A stretch of 62,140 nucleotides of DNA, filler included, from Choristocarpus tenellus KU-1152 (Eukaryota > Protista > Phaeophyceae), in NCBI GenBank assembly GCA_964200185.2. It is 10 parts of 10 records of this genome, joined end to end, with 100 filler letters (N's around TTAATTAATTAA, not from the genome) between each part and the next. Parts side by side here need not be neighbours in the genome. Positions count along the whole stretch, not along the records: positions 49,340 to 52,257 come from CAXNAD020023665.1; positions 52,358 to 58,966 come from CAXNAD020007759.1; positions 59,067 to 62,140 come from CAXNAD020022508.1; 7 more parts are not named here. One strand, 5' to 3'. The notes below the pieces were generated by a model that was not told where the DNA came from, searched no databases, and saw only the letters and a list, made by a program, of their open reading frames with translations. A program made the position numbers and the translations under genes. Below are positions 50,430-62,140 of this stretch, piece by piece. The stretch's first letter is position 1. Each line of letters begins with the position of its first letter.

Positions 50430-51710
50430 TTTGATACATGACTACTATAAACCACCTACCATCCGCCACCTTAAACTGTTGTCCATCCCTTTGCCACGTT
50501 GGCAGGTTATGAAATCACCCTGGCACTATTACCTGAATCCATCAACATACCGCCAAGATATCAAGGAAATAGTTCAATTGGTAGTAGACAAGGCTTTGGA
50601 CAAAGTGAGCCCTTCCTCACTAACACAAGATGCTCCTGGAGCAACAAAGGAGGAAGGGGGAAAGGTATTGTTGAGGTTGGGGAAGAATTGTGAAAGAATG
50701 GAGCAAGGAGTAAATGAGACTCTCAGTCTCAACAATGGACCCTCGCTCTTCAACCTGCTAGGGGAACCCCCTTACGGGACAGTAGAGACTGCCACTGCAC
50801 ATGCAATAGATCGATAAATTGACTCGTTTCCATTACATGTGTAGATACTTGCTAAGACTAAATAGATTATTATATGTTTACTCAAGTGTAAGTTGTGCAG
50901 GAAGGAATAACTGATGGCCAAAGACCACTATAATAATGTTATTACAACTAGCACTCCCGCTTTACTTCGAATTCGCACATAATAAATCTGTGTATTTAGA
51001 TGCATCTATGTATGTATATATTATGTATGTATATATGTAATTCGACGTATGTGTGAATGTATGAATATATGCATTATGTATGTATGAGTGTGTATGCATG
51101 TATGTTGCAAAATCTGCTGTGAGGGTCATCATTGAGGGGGTATATCAACCTTTTGTCCTCAGGAAAAGAGGGCAAAAATAATGCCAGAGCCCATTGCTAT
51201 TAGGGAGTTGAAAATATGCTCCGTACATGGTACCCAACCAACTTCACTCCATTTCTTTTTGTAATTTTTTCCAAAATAAGAGCCCATGTAGAATGGCAGA
51301 CCTCCCCTGCCAACTGCATCACTGTCCAGATGGTTTCTTTCATGTCTTTATTGTCTCCCTCAGTGTCCAAGTGACAAGCTTTTATTTTCCTTCAGAGCTG
51401 CATTTTGAGAGGAAATATTATCTGTACAGAGACAGGCCGCGCAAATTTCTAGCGTTTTAAAGTCCGCACAGTGCTTGGGACTTGCAAAACAATCTGGGCC
51501 TGTTGCTGCTCACCACACAACAAGTGAAGTCCTGAGTAAAGTATTGTGGAGTGCTCTGTGTTGAACCAAAATCTCTGGTCAGACCAACTGAGTCTGAAAC
51601 CAAATCAACACATATTTATGTCTCCTCCTCCTCCAACTTTCCATGGGCCATTGACGGTCAAAACATGGACAAGGAAATTTGCCTATAAAGGACAATGCAG
51701 GGACAGATGA

Positions 51711-51890
51711 GCCACAAAGTATCTCGGGGGGGCGGGGGAGTCTACACCAGGGTGTTCATTCGGGCCTTGGCAAGGAGAAGTGCACCTACATTATCCATCC
51801 GACACATGCGACCAAATGACCTAAAAATCACGACATGGAAAAACGGGCCCCGAATGGACAGCCGCCAGCCCCCCCCAGATACTTTGAGCC
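51711..51890 (+). mobile_element. MITE family B, complete (180 bp), TSD ATGA/ACGA; further ends at 49340-49364, 52238-52257, 59067-59089
   Basis: CAAAGTATCTCGGGGGG...CCCCCCAGATACTTTG inverted termini. Confidence 0.85.
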
Positions 51891-52367
51891 ACGAGCATCT
51901 TCTGTTTGTAGCACATGAGGTGCTGGTCTGTGTATCGCCATACAGAGCAATATACTGCCTCATCATGGGTCAACCGCACCAGTGCCATTCTCAAAAATAT
52001 TGGATGACTCACAACATGAACCAAATACAACAAGGATACAACAGGGATTCCCCCCTCTCAAAATCTGCAAAGTTTCAGGAGGAAAAGTAAAAATATAACC
52101 ATGTCTATATTATCTATACTAAGGTGTCTATGCAATAAACACAGTATCCCATCCATCATATACACTAACTCTGAAAAATTCTCATCCTACCCCCCCAAAG
52201 TATTTATTCCATTTTAATTCCATAGAACTCTAGAGAAGACCCAAAGTATCTGAGGGGNNNNNNNNNNNNNNNNNNNNNNNNNNNNNNNNNNNNNNNNNNN
52301 NTTAATTAATTAANNNNNNNNNNNNNNNNNNNNNNNNNNNNNNNNNNNNNNNNNNNNTTTTTTAAGA

Positions 52368-52433
52368 CCGTTTTCGCAAAACAACCATCCTCGTAGTCCC
52401 GCTCCATCCCCAATTTTGAAAATCCTCTGTTTA
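52368..52433 (-). repeat. Dispersed repeat R1 terminus
   Basis: Reverse complement of 17575-17640. Confidence 0.7.
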
Positions 52434-53130
52434 TATTAGATGTGTCACAGAGTTGGGAAATAGTTCAAAAAATTCTCGGACACTTATCAGTGGTTGTGGT
52501 GGTGTGTTTGTCGATGAGATCCAAGACAGTAGTAAGAGGGGTGGAAAATACTGAGTATGAGAGGAGTGATTTAGCTTTAATAAAAATGTTTCTAAATGAT
52601 GAAAAACATTTATTAACATGTATGATGTAGAGTAAATGAATTTAGCGGAACTAAGATTTTTTTAAGAACTGGAACAGGTTTTTTTGTCCCTGAAGGGTGT
52701 TCTTTTCGGAAAGTTTACAATGTGTTGATTGTTAGAGAAATTGTTATTTTTTGGAATAGGAACACAATATTTTGTTGACCATTTTGGTATGTAGAAGAAC
52801 TTCTATCACATACGACCCACCAATAAATTTGGCAAGCATTTTCTGACGGAACTTGAGTAATGAATTGTATACATTCGTCCACTTCCAGTCTGACCCACCT
52901 TCCTCATTTCAGCACCAAATCTCCGTTCTGAGCCACCAGTCACCACAACCACAATGAGGAAGCACTGCATAGGCAGGCGTGGAACATGGTAGACCTAACC
53001 TTCCCAAACGTGCCTATGTTAGGCCTAATAAGGCATATAGTGGTGGTGTGTTTTGTCAATTATGAGGGTGAAATAAATAACTGAATATGAGGAAAGTGAC
53101 CAAGCATTTTTGGAACTATTTAAAAACTCT

Positions 53131-53306
53131 GATCCAAACCAATAATGGAGAAGTAGGAGGGTTACATTTTAAAAATCCTCAAGAAAGGGAAAAAATATGC
53201 TACTTTGTACAGTTGCTGAAAGAGAATTTTCTGCAGTTTTGGCGCCACTTTGTGTGTAGAAAGGAGGAATATCAATTTTGCGTACATTATTGTCATGCAC
53301 ATAAAG
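53131..53306 (+). mobile_element. MITE family D, truncated
   Basis: Aligns with 21594-21765. Confidence 0.7.
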
Positions 53307-53678
53307 CGATGAAGGGAAAGTTTATGAAGTAATCTGAGTTTTGTGGGCAGAAGAATTCTGGTTGGTTGGGGGCACAGGGGAGAAGGGAGGGGATAGGAGA
53401 GAAATAAAAAAGTAGCAAGGGAATGAAGAGTTAAATGCTGAATGGTTGAGAGAGGGAAGGGAGAAGTTAAGAAAATGGGTGGCAGGCGAAGGCAGGAGTG
53501 GAGAAGGAACGGACAGTATTGAATTGAAGAGGAATCCTGAGGCTGGGGTGACAGGAGGGCTAGATCAAGACGACCCCCAATCAAGCTTTCAAGCAGGCTG
53601 TATCGCCTACTGAAGCCCTGGACAGCTGGGCAGAAACAAATTTATAAGCAATAAGAATCTCACCCACCAGAGTGCAGC

Positions 53679-55287
53679 ATGGCACAACGAGAAGAGAGAG
53701 GGATGGAAGAAAACAAAGCAACGTGGGAAGGATTCAGTGGGAGGATGGACAAGGAAAAGGGTGAGACAGAAAGAAAGACGTTTGAGGGATGGTGGGGGGA
53801 ACAAAAGGATCCGAGAGAAGAAGAAAAGAGAGATGTATCAGCGAAAAGGATTCGAGAGGAGATTGTTTGGGGATCAGTGTTGGGGAGCAGGATGAGATGA
53901 CGGGAGAAAGAGAAGGGAAAGAAATGGAAAACGATGGAGATAGCGAGTCCAAGCAACTCTAGAGTGAAAGTATCTTAGAGGGTACGAATTTTGCCCTGTT
54001 TGTCCGTTTGGGGCTTGGCTTCCCACAGGGTTTTTATGGCGAAATGTTTTGGAGTACTTACAATGTATATGTTATGAAAGGTGTGTCCGGAACAAGGATA
54101 TTGAAATTCCAAGCAAACACGATACCCAAAATTACATCAAAATCGGAACATTGGTTTTTGCCCCAAACGGATGTGGCTCTATCCTCTAAGATATATCGAC
54201 TCTCCGATCGCTGTCGAAAGACGTAGCCAACCTGACTGAAAGGATGGACAGCATGATGGATATTCTAAGAGGGCTGCACCAGTCAAATACATCACGACGT
54301 TATGAGGGGAACAGAGGTTGGATAGGAGAAGGGAGATCAACGAACGAGGAAGGATCAATGACATGGTCGGCAATGACCGAAAAGATAAAAGAAGAATCAC
54401 TGATCTTGATCTGGAAGGTCAATGTGAGAAAATATTTCGTCTTCTTCAGATACATCCCCCTCTTTATCCAAGCAGGCGACGCCAAGGCCACACGGACTGA
54501 ACTACAAAGGATAGTCGTCAACAAAGCTGACATTTCCGAGATGGCTGAACAACTAGAAAACATGGCAAACTTTAACATAAAGGAATTCATACCCAGAGGA
54601 GACTTGGGGAGGAGGACAAACAAAGGAGACTACGAATTGCCAGATAATTTTGACTGCTACGTTGCAGCAGTGAGAGATATATGCAGATATGGAGAGGGTT
54701 GGATGCCAGGAAGGAGAAGAACGAAAAATGTGGTGGCGGAATTGGAAGAGGTGAGATATAAGGTCCGGACATTTCATGGGGCAAATAAATCCACCTTAAT
54801 CGAGCATCCACGGTTTGTAGACTTGATGTATCGGGCAGTGGAGGAGGACCTAGAAGTGTGAGCAAAAGAAATTTCGACAGCAGCAGACATTATCGGCAAC
54901 AAATTTAAGGCCCCACCACCCCCTGAGACTTGGATTCCACTACCCTCTATGCCCCGTCTTACGAGTCTGAAGACAATTTTGAGCCAGGCGAAAAACATGT
55001 TGCCTATTCTGTATGACGCCGAGTCATGTTCAAGATCAATGAAGAGGGCGGGGGTGTGGGGAGAACAAAGGTCGTCAAAATCTCCGCGCCCAGAGGAGAG
55101 GACTAGGGAAGGACCATCGAGTGGAAAGGCGATGGCTTACAACCCATGTTATGCCTTTCAAGCAGGGAAGGAATGTGAATTCCTAGAAAAACATGGGCTC
55201 TGCAAATTCGACCATTTCTTGGAAGGGGAGGGAGTTATGGGGAAGGTAGACAAGGCTCAGCTTGACTTTACCAAGAAGGACCCCTGA
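53679..55287 (+). pseudogene. YR-retrotransposon ORF1 (gag-like, C-terminal CCCH finger)
   Basis: Broken ORFs interrupted by a MITE; CYAFQAGKECEFLEKHGLCKFDH. Confidence 0.6.
53962..54202 (-). mobile_element. MITE family A inserted in ORF1; flanks TCTA/TCCG
   Basis: GAGTGAAAGTATCTTAGAGGGTAC...TATCCTCTAAGATATATCGACTC. Confidence 0.88.
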
Positions 55288-55499
55288 GGATGCGGGCTCA
55301 TCCCAGGGAGGGATGGGCCAGCGACACAGGACCAGTGGAGTTCAGTACTACCACAACATGCGCAATGGATGATAGGGATTCCAAGGTCAAGGTCTTGCCA
55401 CCGGTCAATCAAAGGTAGAGAGTGTGGGGGAGAGAAAAGGAATGATGAGGTTGACGAGTGGTTTGAGGTTTGGGAGAGGATGAAAGAGAGAAAGAACCT

Positions 55500-57649
55500 G
55501 AGTTGGCAGTGACAGAGTTGAACCATTAGGCAATTAGGGGAGAGACATTACTTGACAAGTGGGGGGGAGACTTGGGTAAAGTGGTAGGTAGACTGGGTAA
55601 GAGATGGAGCCCTAAACATCTGAATTAGGAAGGGATTTATAGGCACTTTGGGAAGAAGGTAGGATTCCCTCAGATAGAGAAACTCCAGCAGCTTGTTGAA
55701 TCAGGGGTGCCAGTAGATGTTAAAGGGGAAGGTAGAGTTGACGGGAGGTTTCTCATATGGCAACCATAGGAGCGCGAGTAGTCATAGTAAAGCACTCATG
55801 GAAAAAAATGTAGGGGATGTGATTCAGGGTAGAGCACTGGTGTTCCCAAAAAAGGTATGGGCAAAGATCCCGGGATTACAGTTGTCCCTAGTTGGTGTAA
55901 TCCAAGAACCAACGAAGGTGGGGATTATTCGTGATTTGTCGTGTCAGCAAGAGAGTTGGTGTCCGAATGAACGAGCGGATTAAAAAGATGCACCCCCTGT
56001 GCATTGTGGAACAGTATTGAAAGACGTGATTAGGAGGATTATAGGGCTTAGAAAGAAGTTTCCCAGGGCGAGAATGATGATTAGTAAATTGGACGTCAAG
56101 GATGCTTTCGCCAAGTCCCAGTAGAACCAAGGGGGGCAGCAAAGTTTGGCTACCGCTTTGAAGATGTGTTAGTGATTGACTTTAGGCTCCAGTTTGGTTG
56201 GAAGAATAGCCCAGGGTGGTGGGGGACCTCATGGCAAGTGCTCTATAATTTTCCCATTGTCACACAGAACCCCACTCAGCAGCTGCACTCAAGGCAGCAG
56301 AAGACATGAAGACAGGGGTAAGCCACTCGCAGCGGAGGGGGCGAAGGGAAGTTTGTAAATTAGATGAGACATGGACAGTTCCCAGAGTGGTAGGGTGGGG
56401 AGTAGATGACCCCTTTTTTGCTAGGATGTATGTTCATGACAGCATTTTAGTAGAGGCCCAATGGTTTGAGGATGGGAGGATATTGAAGTTGGCAATAAAC
56501 TCTCTATTGTCGGACCATATATGTTTGGTAAGGCAGACAAGGTCGAGGAACCCCCTATTCTGTCGGCTAAGAAGCTGATGGGTTGGCATACCACTCAGGT
56601 TGTGGTGGGATCGAAGTTAGACAATGAAAAAATGACGATTGCTTTACCAGATGGAAAGTTGGGGGGGCTGAAGCGATTGCTAGAAGAGTGACCAGAATCG
56701 AGGTCAGTAGTCAGAGTACGAGATGTGTGGGTGTTGCTGGGAAAACTGTTTCACATGTTGTATGTTATACGCCCTGGGAGATTTTTTCATTGACGGCTGG
56801 TGTATCTGTCAGGGCTACACCAGAAGGGGGGTTGGTTGAGAAGGATAGCTCATGGCGGGGATCAGAGGAACAGAGTGCAGGGGTGAGGAAAGGAAACAGA
56901 AAGATCAAGATAGGTAGGGAGTTTAAAGAAGACTTGTATTGGTGGAGATAGGTGGTAGAAAGAGGCCTGGCAGAGAAAGGAGAAAATCTGAGTTCCCCCT
57001 TTATGGATTTTGTGTTGAGACCACCAGTGATCACATGTTATTCAGGTGTGTGTTTTACAGCAGTAGGAGGATACAATGTGGAGACGGGTAAGTGGAGGTA
57101 CGGTTTCCCAGAGCAGGTGAAGATGAATATCACACGGAGTGTAGTAAAAGGGGAGGAATAGAGTATATCCATCGATGTATTAGAATTGTTGGGGATGGTA
57201 ATGAATACGTGGCTGTTGGTATTGAAGGTAGGGGGGAGGGCTACCCTAAACGGGACCCAGTACTGTTGAGAGGAGACAACAATTCTGCAGTCCAGTGGTT
57301 CCATAAATGTGGGGGGACAAAAGATGGGAGGGCGGGGGGATTGATGAGGGTAATGGGGGTGTTGGAGATAGCGGGGGAATGGTCCTTTGCAGCAGATCAC
57401 GATGCGGGGAAGAAATACGAATTAGCAGACGGAATATCAAGATGGGATAGGGGCAAGATTCTATCTAACCTCCAACATTCGTGTCCACGTGTTGATTGGC
57501 AGGAGCAGCCCCTGGGTCGGGACGGGAAGATGATGTGTTTGAATGCCTTGCAGCAATGTACGCCAGAGGATAGGTTGCGCCATCTACTCAGAAGTGTTAT
57601 GAGACGGCTTGGGAGCAGTGGTCTGAGTTACGTACATATAGAGGATTGA
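55500..57649 (+). pseudogene. DIRS-type reverse transcriptase / RNase H
   Basis: KVGIIRDLS; SKLDVKDAFRQVP; DFRLQFGW.NSPGWW; MYVHD (YVDD equivalent); ISIDVLELLG; LRGDNNSAVQW; LADGISRW. Confidence 0.88.
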
Positions 57650-58646
57650 TTAGGTGGTTAGACCCCAGAAGTCGAGAATGGGACGTTGTAAAGGCCCTAT
57701 CTGAGTTCATGTGTTTCTGTTGTGGGAGTAAGGGTAATCAAGTAGGTACAATAAAGGGGAAGATTTCAGCAATCCAATACTACCACAAACAATTCCTAAA
57801 CTTCCAAGTTTCAACACAACACTTCATAATTTCCTCAGTACTGAAGGGTATGGGGAGACGTCACACAAAAACAGGCAGTCTAAAAGGAGGAGATCTCTGA
57901 CATGAAGAACGATTGACCAAACAAAGTACTGTACTGAATTGTTAGGAAGGGATGGTAGGTTGACTAGGCTAGGATTGGGGTTCTGTTTCTTTTTCTCAGC
58001 AAGAGCATCGGAGCTCTGGGCGTATGATGAAGATTTTGTGGTAAGGAGAAAAGACGTAGTATGGAGGAAAGGGGTGGAAAGACTAGGGTGGGAGGATAGA
58101 CATCGAGCAGAAAAAGTCGAGGTAATATTCAGGGGGTCGAAGGGGGACCAGGGCAGGAAGCGAGCAGTGTTGACAAGATTTAGAGTGGAGGAGGGAAGAG
58201 TGGAAGAGAGTATGGGGGGTTTTGAGGTGATACTAGCAATTATGGAATGTTTCCCAGAGCTACCCACGGATGCCCCACTGATGACATTTAGAGAGGGAGA
58301 GAGGTGGAGGGTAGTGACGAGGGGACAAGCAACATGTATCCTAAGAAGAATTGTAAAAGAGCGCAAGTTGAGACCAGAAGAGTATGCTTTGCATTCAGGG
58401 AGGATCGGGGGAGTCACCAGGCTGGCAATCATGGGAGTTTCAGAGATGGTAATTCAGAGGGAGGGGAGATGAAAGTCGAGTGCGTTCATGGTATATGTCA
58501 GGGCAAACCAGAGGGACCCAGTGTGGGTTTCGAGGGGTCTGGCAGAAAGTAGGAAGGATTGGGTTCAACCAGGGCAGGAATTACAGTGCGATCTAGAAGA
58601 AAAACTAACCCTAAAGGGGACGGGAGGTCAAGTTCGGGTGGGGTAG
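57540..58646 (+). pseudogene. Tyrosine recombinase of YR retrotransposon
   Basis: ARASEL (R), SKGDQ (K), HSGRIGG (H-x-x-R), GR*KS (Trp codon mutated to TGA), FMVYVR (catalytic Tyr). Confidence 0.92.
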
Positions 58647-58704
58647 ATTTCTTCTAGCTCAAAGGCACGGTATGAAGGGGTGATAAAGGGGTGTTCTTAG
58701 ATGA

Positions 58705-58965
58705 TTGTGGTGTGGGGTTGAGTGGTGTTCAATGGTGTGGTGGAGTGGTAAGTGGGGTGGGGTTGAGTGGAGTGGTAACTGGTGTGGGGTTGAGTGGGGT
58801 TGAATAGGGTTGAAAGGGGTGGTAGTGACCAGAAATCAGTGGCGAAAGGGGTCGCACTGGTTGGTCATCGGACAGAGGGGGTGACTGGAAATCAGTGGCA
58901 AAGGGGTAACACTGGCTGGTCATCGGATGTGGGGGGAGATGAAAAAACAGTGGCGAAGGGGATCT
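58705..58965 (+). repeat. GGGGTTGAGTGG repeats followed by a ~57-bp tandem repeat (about 2.5 units)
   Basis: GAAATCAGTGGC..CACTGG.TGGTCATCGGA is repeated. Confidence 0.8.
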
Positions 58966-60476
58966 GNNNNNNNNNNNNNNNNNNNNNNNNNNNNNNNNNN
59001 NNNNNNNNNNTTAATTAATTAANNNNNNNNNNNNNNNNNNNNNNNNNNNNNNNNNNNNNNNNNNNNCCCCCCCCAAGATACTTTGACTCCACACTTTAAC
59101 TTTTCCCTTGAGAGGAGAGTCATTCGAAATGCTTGATCTTTTCCCTCGCAACCGACAAAACACACTTTGTTTGGCGTTTAGCTCTCGGCAATAAAGGGGG
59201 TCCGGTCTTTGAGCCCAGAACTGCCTCTGTTTGACCTCCCCAAAAAGACCCTGTTACTACTCATACCCGTAGAAATGCAATAGGGACACCTTTCTGAGCT
59301 CGCTCTAAGTACACCAACTCACAACACCGAAATCACCTCACCACATGTACTCCAGATACACACCCTTCACCCGGCTCAACAACCATAGGCACACTTGCAG
59401 AAGCTTTAGAGAGAGTATGCAAAAGAGAACTACTCAAGTAGAGTATTTTGCTTTGTGTGGTATGGATATGTTTATTAGCGGAGTGAGCACAGCCCGTGGT
59501 GGTGGGGGGTGCTCTCTCTCATTATCTTAGTGTTTATTACGTACATCAGATGACACATCAAACGTGTCCTGCCGTTACATTGTACTGTGTCACTTATCCT
59601 GTATAGCTAGTACTATGTCATATCTCCTCCATCTGTCCAAAGATATCAAGTAATAAGAAACCGATCATCTGAGGTTCGACCTCATTACTTTACGCACACG
59701 AACACAAGTCAATGACACTTATTCCAATTAGCCAACATTCCTGTTGTCTAGTAGTGTTCACTAAACACGTATAAACCATATAGACTATCAGCCTATATTG
59801 CACAGAGAGCATTTGCCACAAATTCTCCCTTACCAAGAAGGTGGGAGGGGATGGAGGGACTACCTTAATTCCTTTCTATCGATAATATTCATGTTTATGG
59901 TAGTATCTATTTGGAGTGGAACGAGGTATGTATGAAACATGCTTCCCATTCACCAATGCAACAAACCCTCTACCTTGTATTTCCTTGCTGGTGCCTGTTC
60001 AAGGCATCAAAACTACAAAAGTCATTCGAAGACAAGCGCCAACCCTTACACAAGATAAGAAGGGATTACTAGGGCCTCACGAGTAGCCTCAACACTCTAG
60101 CCATGCATATAGGTGACCATCAAAAGACGAGGAAACGCCAACTCCTGACTCACCTATACCAACCCCGACTCTCTATTCTCCCTCATTATGCCCCACTTTC
60201 ATCGTGGCAAACATTATCCCCAAAATAGGTCCTAGGCGCCTACAGACAACCCCAGCGAGTCTGCGACACCTGCGTTGGCGTTCATTGGGCACTTAGACAC
60301 AGGGCCCCCAAGGACACTCCAGCAACAGTTGGACTATCCACCTCCTCGTTCCCTTTCTCCCCTACTAGTGACGATTGTGGAAGGCGCTCGGCTGCTGCTG
60401 CTTCCACTCATGCCACCCCTGCATCTGCTGCCAGAATTTCCCCTGCCTCATTCAACACCCCTGTTGCTGCTACTAA

Positions 60477-61045
60477 CCAGGGCAGTACGGCATCCAGGAT
60501 GTTGACAGGCCTATCAAGATGACGCAGACTCCGACACGAACACCTCCTGCCCTGCTAGTTGTCCCTGCCGCTACTGCATCCCCTGATCCGGTGGCCGTTC
60601 CAAAACCGAAAAGGGAAGTCATGGGTGCTGACTCACGCCAGGATCTGATGAGGGTGTCCCCCACCCCTGAGGTTGCAGGTTCGTGCAATGGTAAGGCGTT
60701 GACCCCCTCAAGCACAACTACAGCCATCGCCTTGATCAGCATCCCTTTTGAGACCAATGTCCAGGGTAGTACGGTATCCAGGAGTGCTAGCATGCCCAAC
60801 AACATTGGTACTCCTGCACCGACAAACCCAGTCCCTGCCCCGCTGGTGCCCCTGCTTCTCTAGCTTCCCCAGATCCTAAACCTGTGGACATTCCCGCTGC
60901 TACTCCAGCCCCTGGTCTGGTGACCTCTGTTGAGCCCACAAGGGAAGTCATGTGTGCTCACTCAAGGAGGTTTCTGGTGAGAGTGTCGTCCACCCATGAG
61001 GTGACGGGAAGGGACAACGGTAGTGTGTTGGCCTCCTCTAGCATG
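60477..61045 (+). repeat. Diverged ~300-bp tandem duplication in a Pro/Ala/Thr-rich coding-like segment
   Basis: CCAGGG.AGTACGG.ATCCAGGA at ~60477 and ~60761; REVMGADSRQDLMRVS versus REVMCAHSRRFLVRVS. Confidence 0.7.
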
Positions 61046-62140
61046 AAAACAGCATTTCCTCGGTGGTGATTGAGAGTGGGGAATGCAATCCATGCGTGAT
61101 TGACAAGGGATCGGCAACAACACCCCACAAGGACATGGCGTCAGAGCAAGAGCGAGATATATCTCTCCCGAAGAAGTGGAGGTACCTCCCCATGTGGGTG
61201 GGCGTAGGTGTCATCATCGGAGGCGCCTCAATTGCATTGGGTTTGTGTGGTTCCCTTGCCCCACGTGGCAGAAGATGAGAGAGATGCTTACTGGATGCTT
61301 GCTGGATCCTTTCAGTAATGGGATGAGAAATTAAAATTCCCTACAGCCACTTCGTTCCGTTAGTTGACCGTAGCTTCAGCTTGTTTGTAGACCGAGGATA
61401 GGCTTTCTCACCCTTGGTGTGCTATTTTAGCCACTTAGTTGTATGTGTTTATATGTGGTAGTTTCTTTCTATTGCAATTCATTGTGGTTTGAAGTACGGA
61501 CGGGGGTGGTTTGGAGAGCATTTACAACTAGAGGTATCTTCGTGTGTGATTGGTGAGGATGCAAGGGGATGGATATAGCAATTAAGGGGGGGGGGATCCA
61601 TCACGAGTCATCAAACATCAAGTACCTACCATTCTGTGGTGGCTGAAGTCACCGTACAGAAGGTGCAGGCGTTATGAGGCTATACAGTAGTAGTAGGCAC
61701 TCAGCGATACTTGCTCCCCGCTTGAAGTATGAAAGGCTGAGGCTGGTTTATTGAAATATTAGCACTTGCTTGATGGGGCTAGGTACGGGTTTTAGTCGTT
61801 CTCAATGGGAAGAGGCCTAATTAGGCCGGCCCAATTGATAAGATGAAGAAAGAGTTTGTCTTTGGCACATAGCATCTTGGAGGGCGAGGTGTTTTGACCC
61901 AGTTGTCCATTTGGGTCGATGGAGTGTTTCAAAAGACCTCAGTTTGATGCCTTCCTTGAGGGTTAATTTCCTTCACATTTCATCCAGGCAGGTGCATAGA
62001 AAAGGAAGGTGCTTTTAATTTGCGGAAATTCCACTTGCATCAGACAAGTTCACTCACATGGACATGAAGATCACTACAGGGCACACAGGCCCCAAATTGA
62101 CGCCTGATCCCCCCTCCAAGACACTATCGGACTTTCGAGG

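Larger units (their letters stand above)
53310..58650 (+). mobile_element. Decayed tyrosine-recombinase retrotransposon (DIRS order, Ngaro-like)
   Basis: ORF1, RT/RNase H and YR in overlapping arrangement; no DDE integrase or protease motif seen. Confidence 0.9.

Noticed and set aside
5757-59066. Recurrent palindrome TTAATTAATTAA
   Set aside because: Always centred in 100-nt N blocks; an artificial six-frame-stop contig linker, not biology.

Overview
Eukaryotic, repeat-rich, fragmented assembly: ten contig pieces joined by artificial 100-nt N-TTAATTAATTAA-N linkers, so adjacency across linkers cannot be trusted. TTAGGG motifs, long spliceosomal introns and the style of the retroelements suggest a stramenopile, probably a brown alga (inference). 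Four partial intron-containing host genes are present: a WD40-repeat protein, a Tyr/TKL-like kinase C-lobe, and two large low-complexity proteins. They lie among decayed Ty1/Copia elements (five to six), Ty3/Gypsy fragments, a near-complete decayed tyrosine-recombinase (DIRS/Ngaro-type) retrotransposon, and about 24 copies or ends of five MITE families. The MITEs share GAGTCAAAGTA-like termini and 4-bp TSDs (Sola2-like). The most notable observations are: (1) two related but diverged Copia elements carry a perfect palindrome, TGCTA(GC)TAGCA, instead of a TGG-type tRNA primer-binding site directly after the 5' LTR; (2) a tandem duplication with a telomere-like junction appears to create a new in-frame 54-nt exon; (3) an LTR-like insert has tRNA-type A/B boxes; (4) MITE-anchored inverted duplications occur in introns; (5) GC-AG introns recur. 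All coordinates were read by eye and may be off by a few bases.
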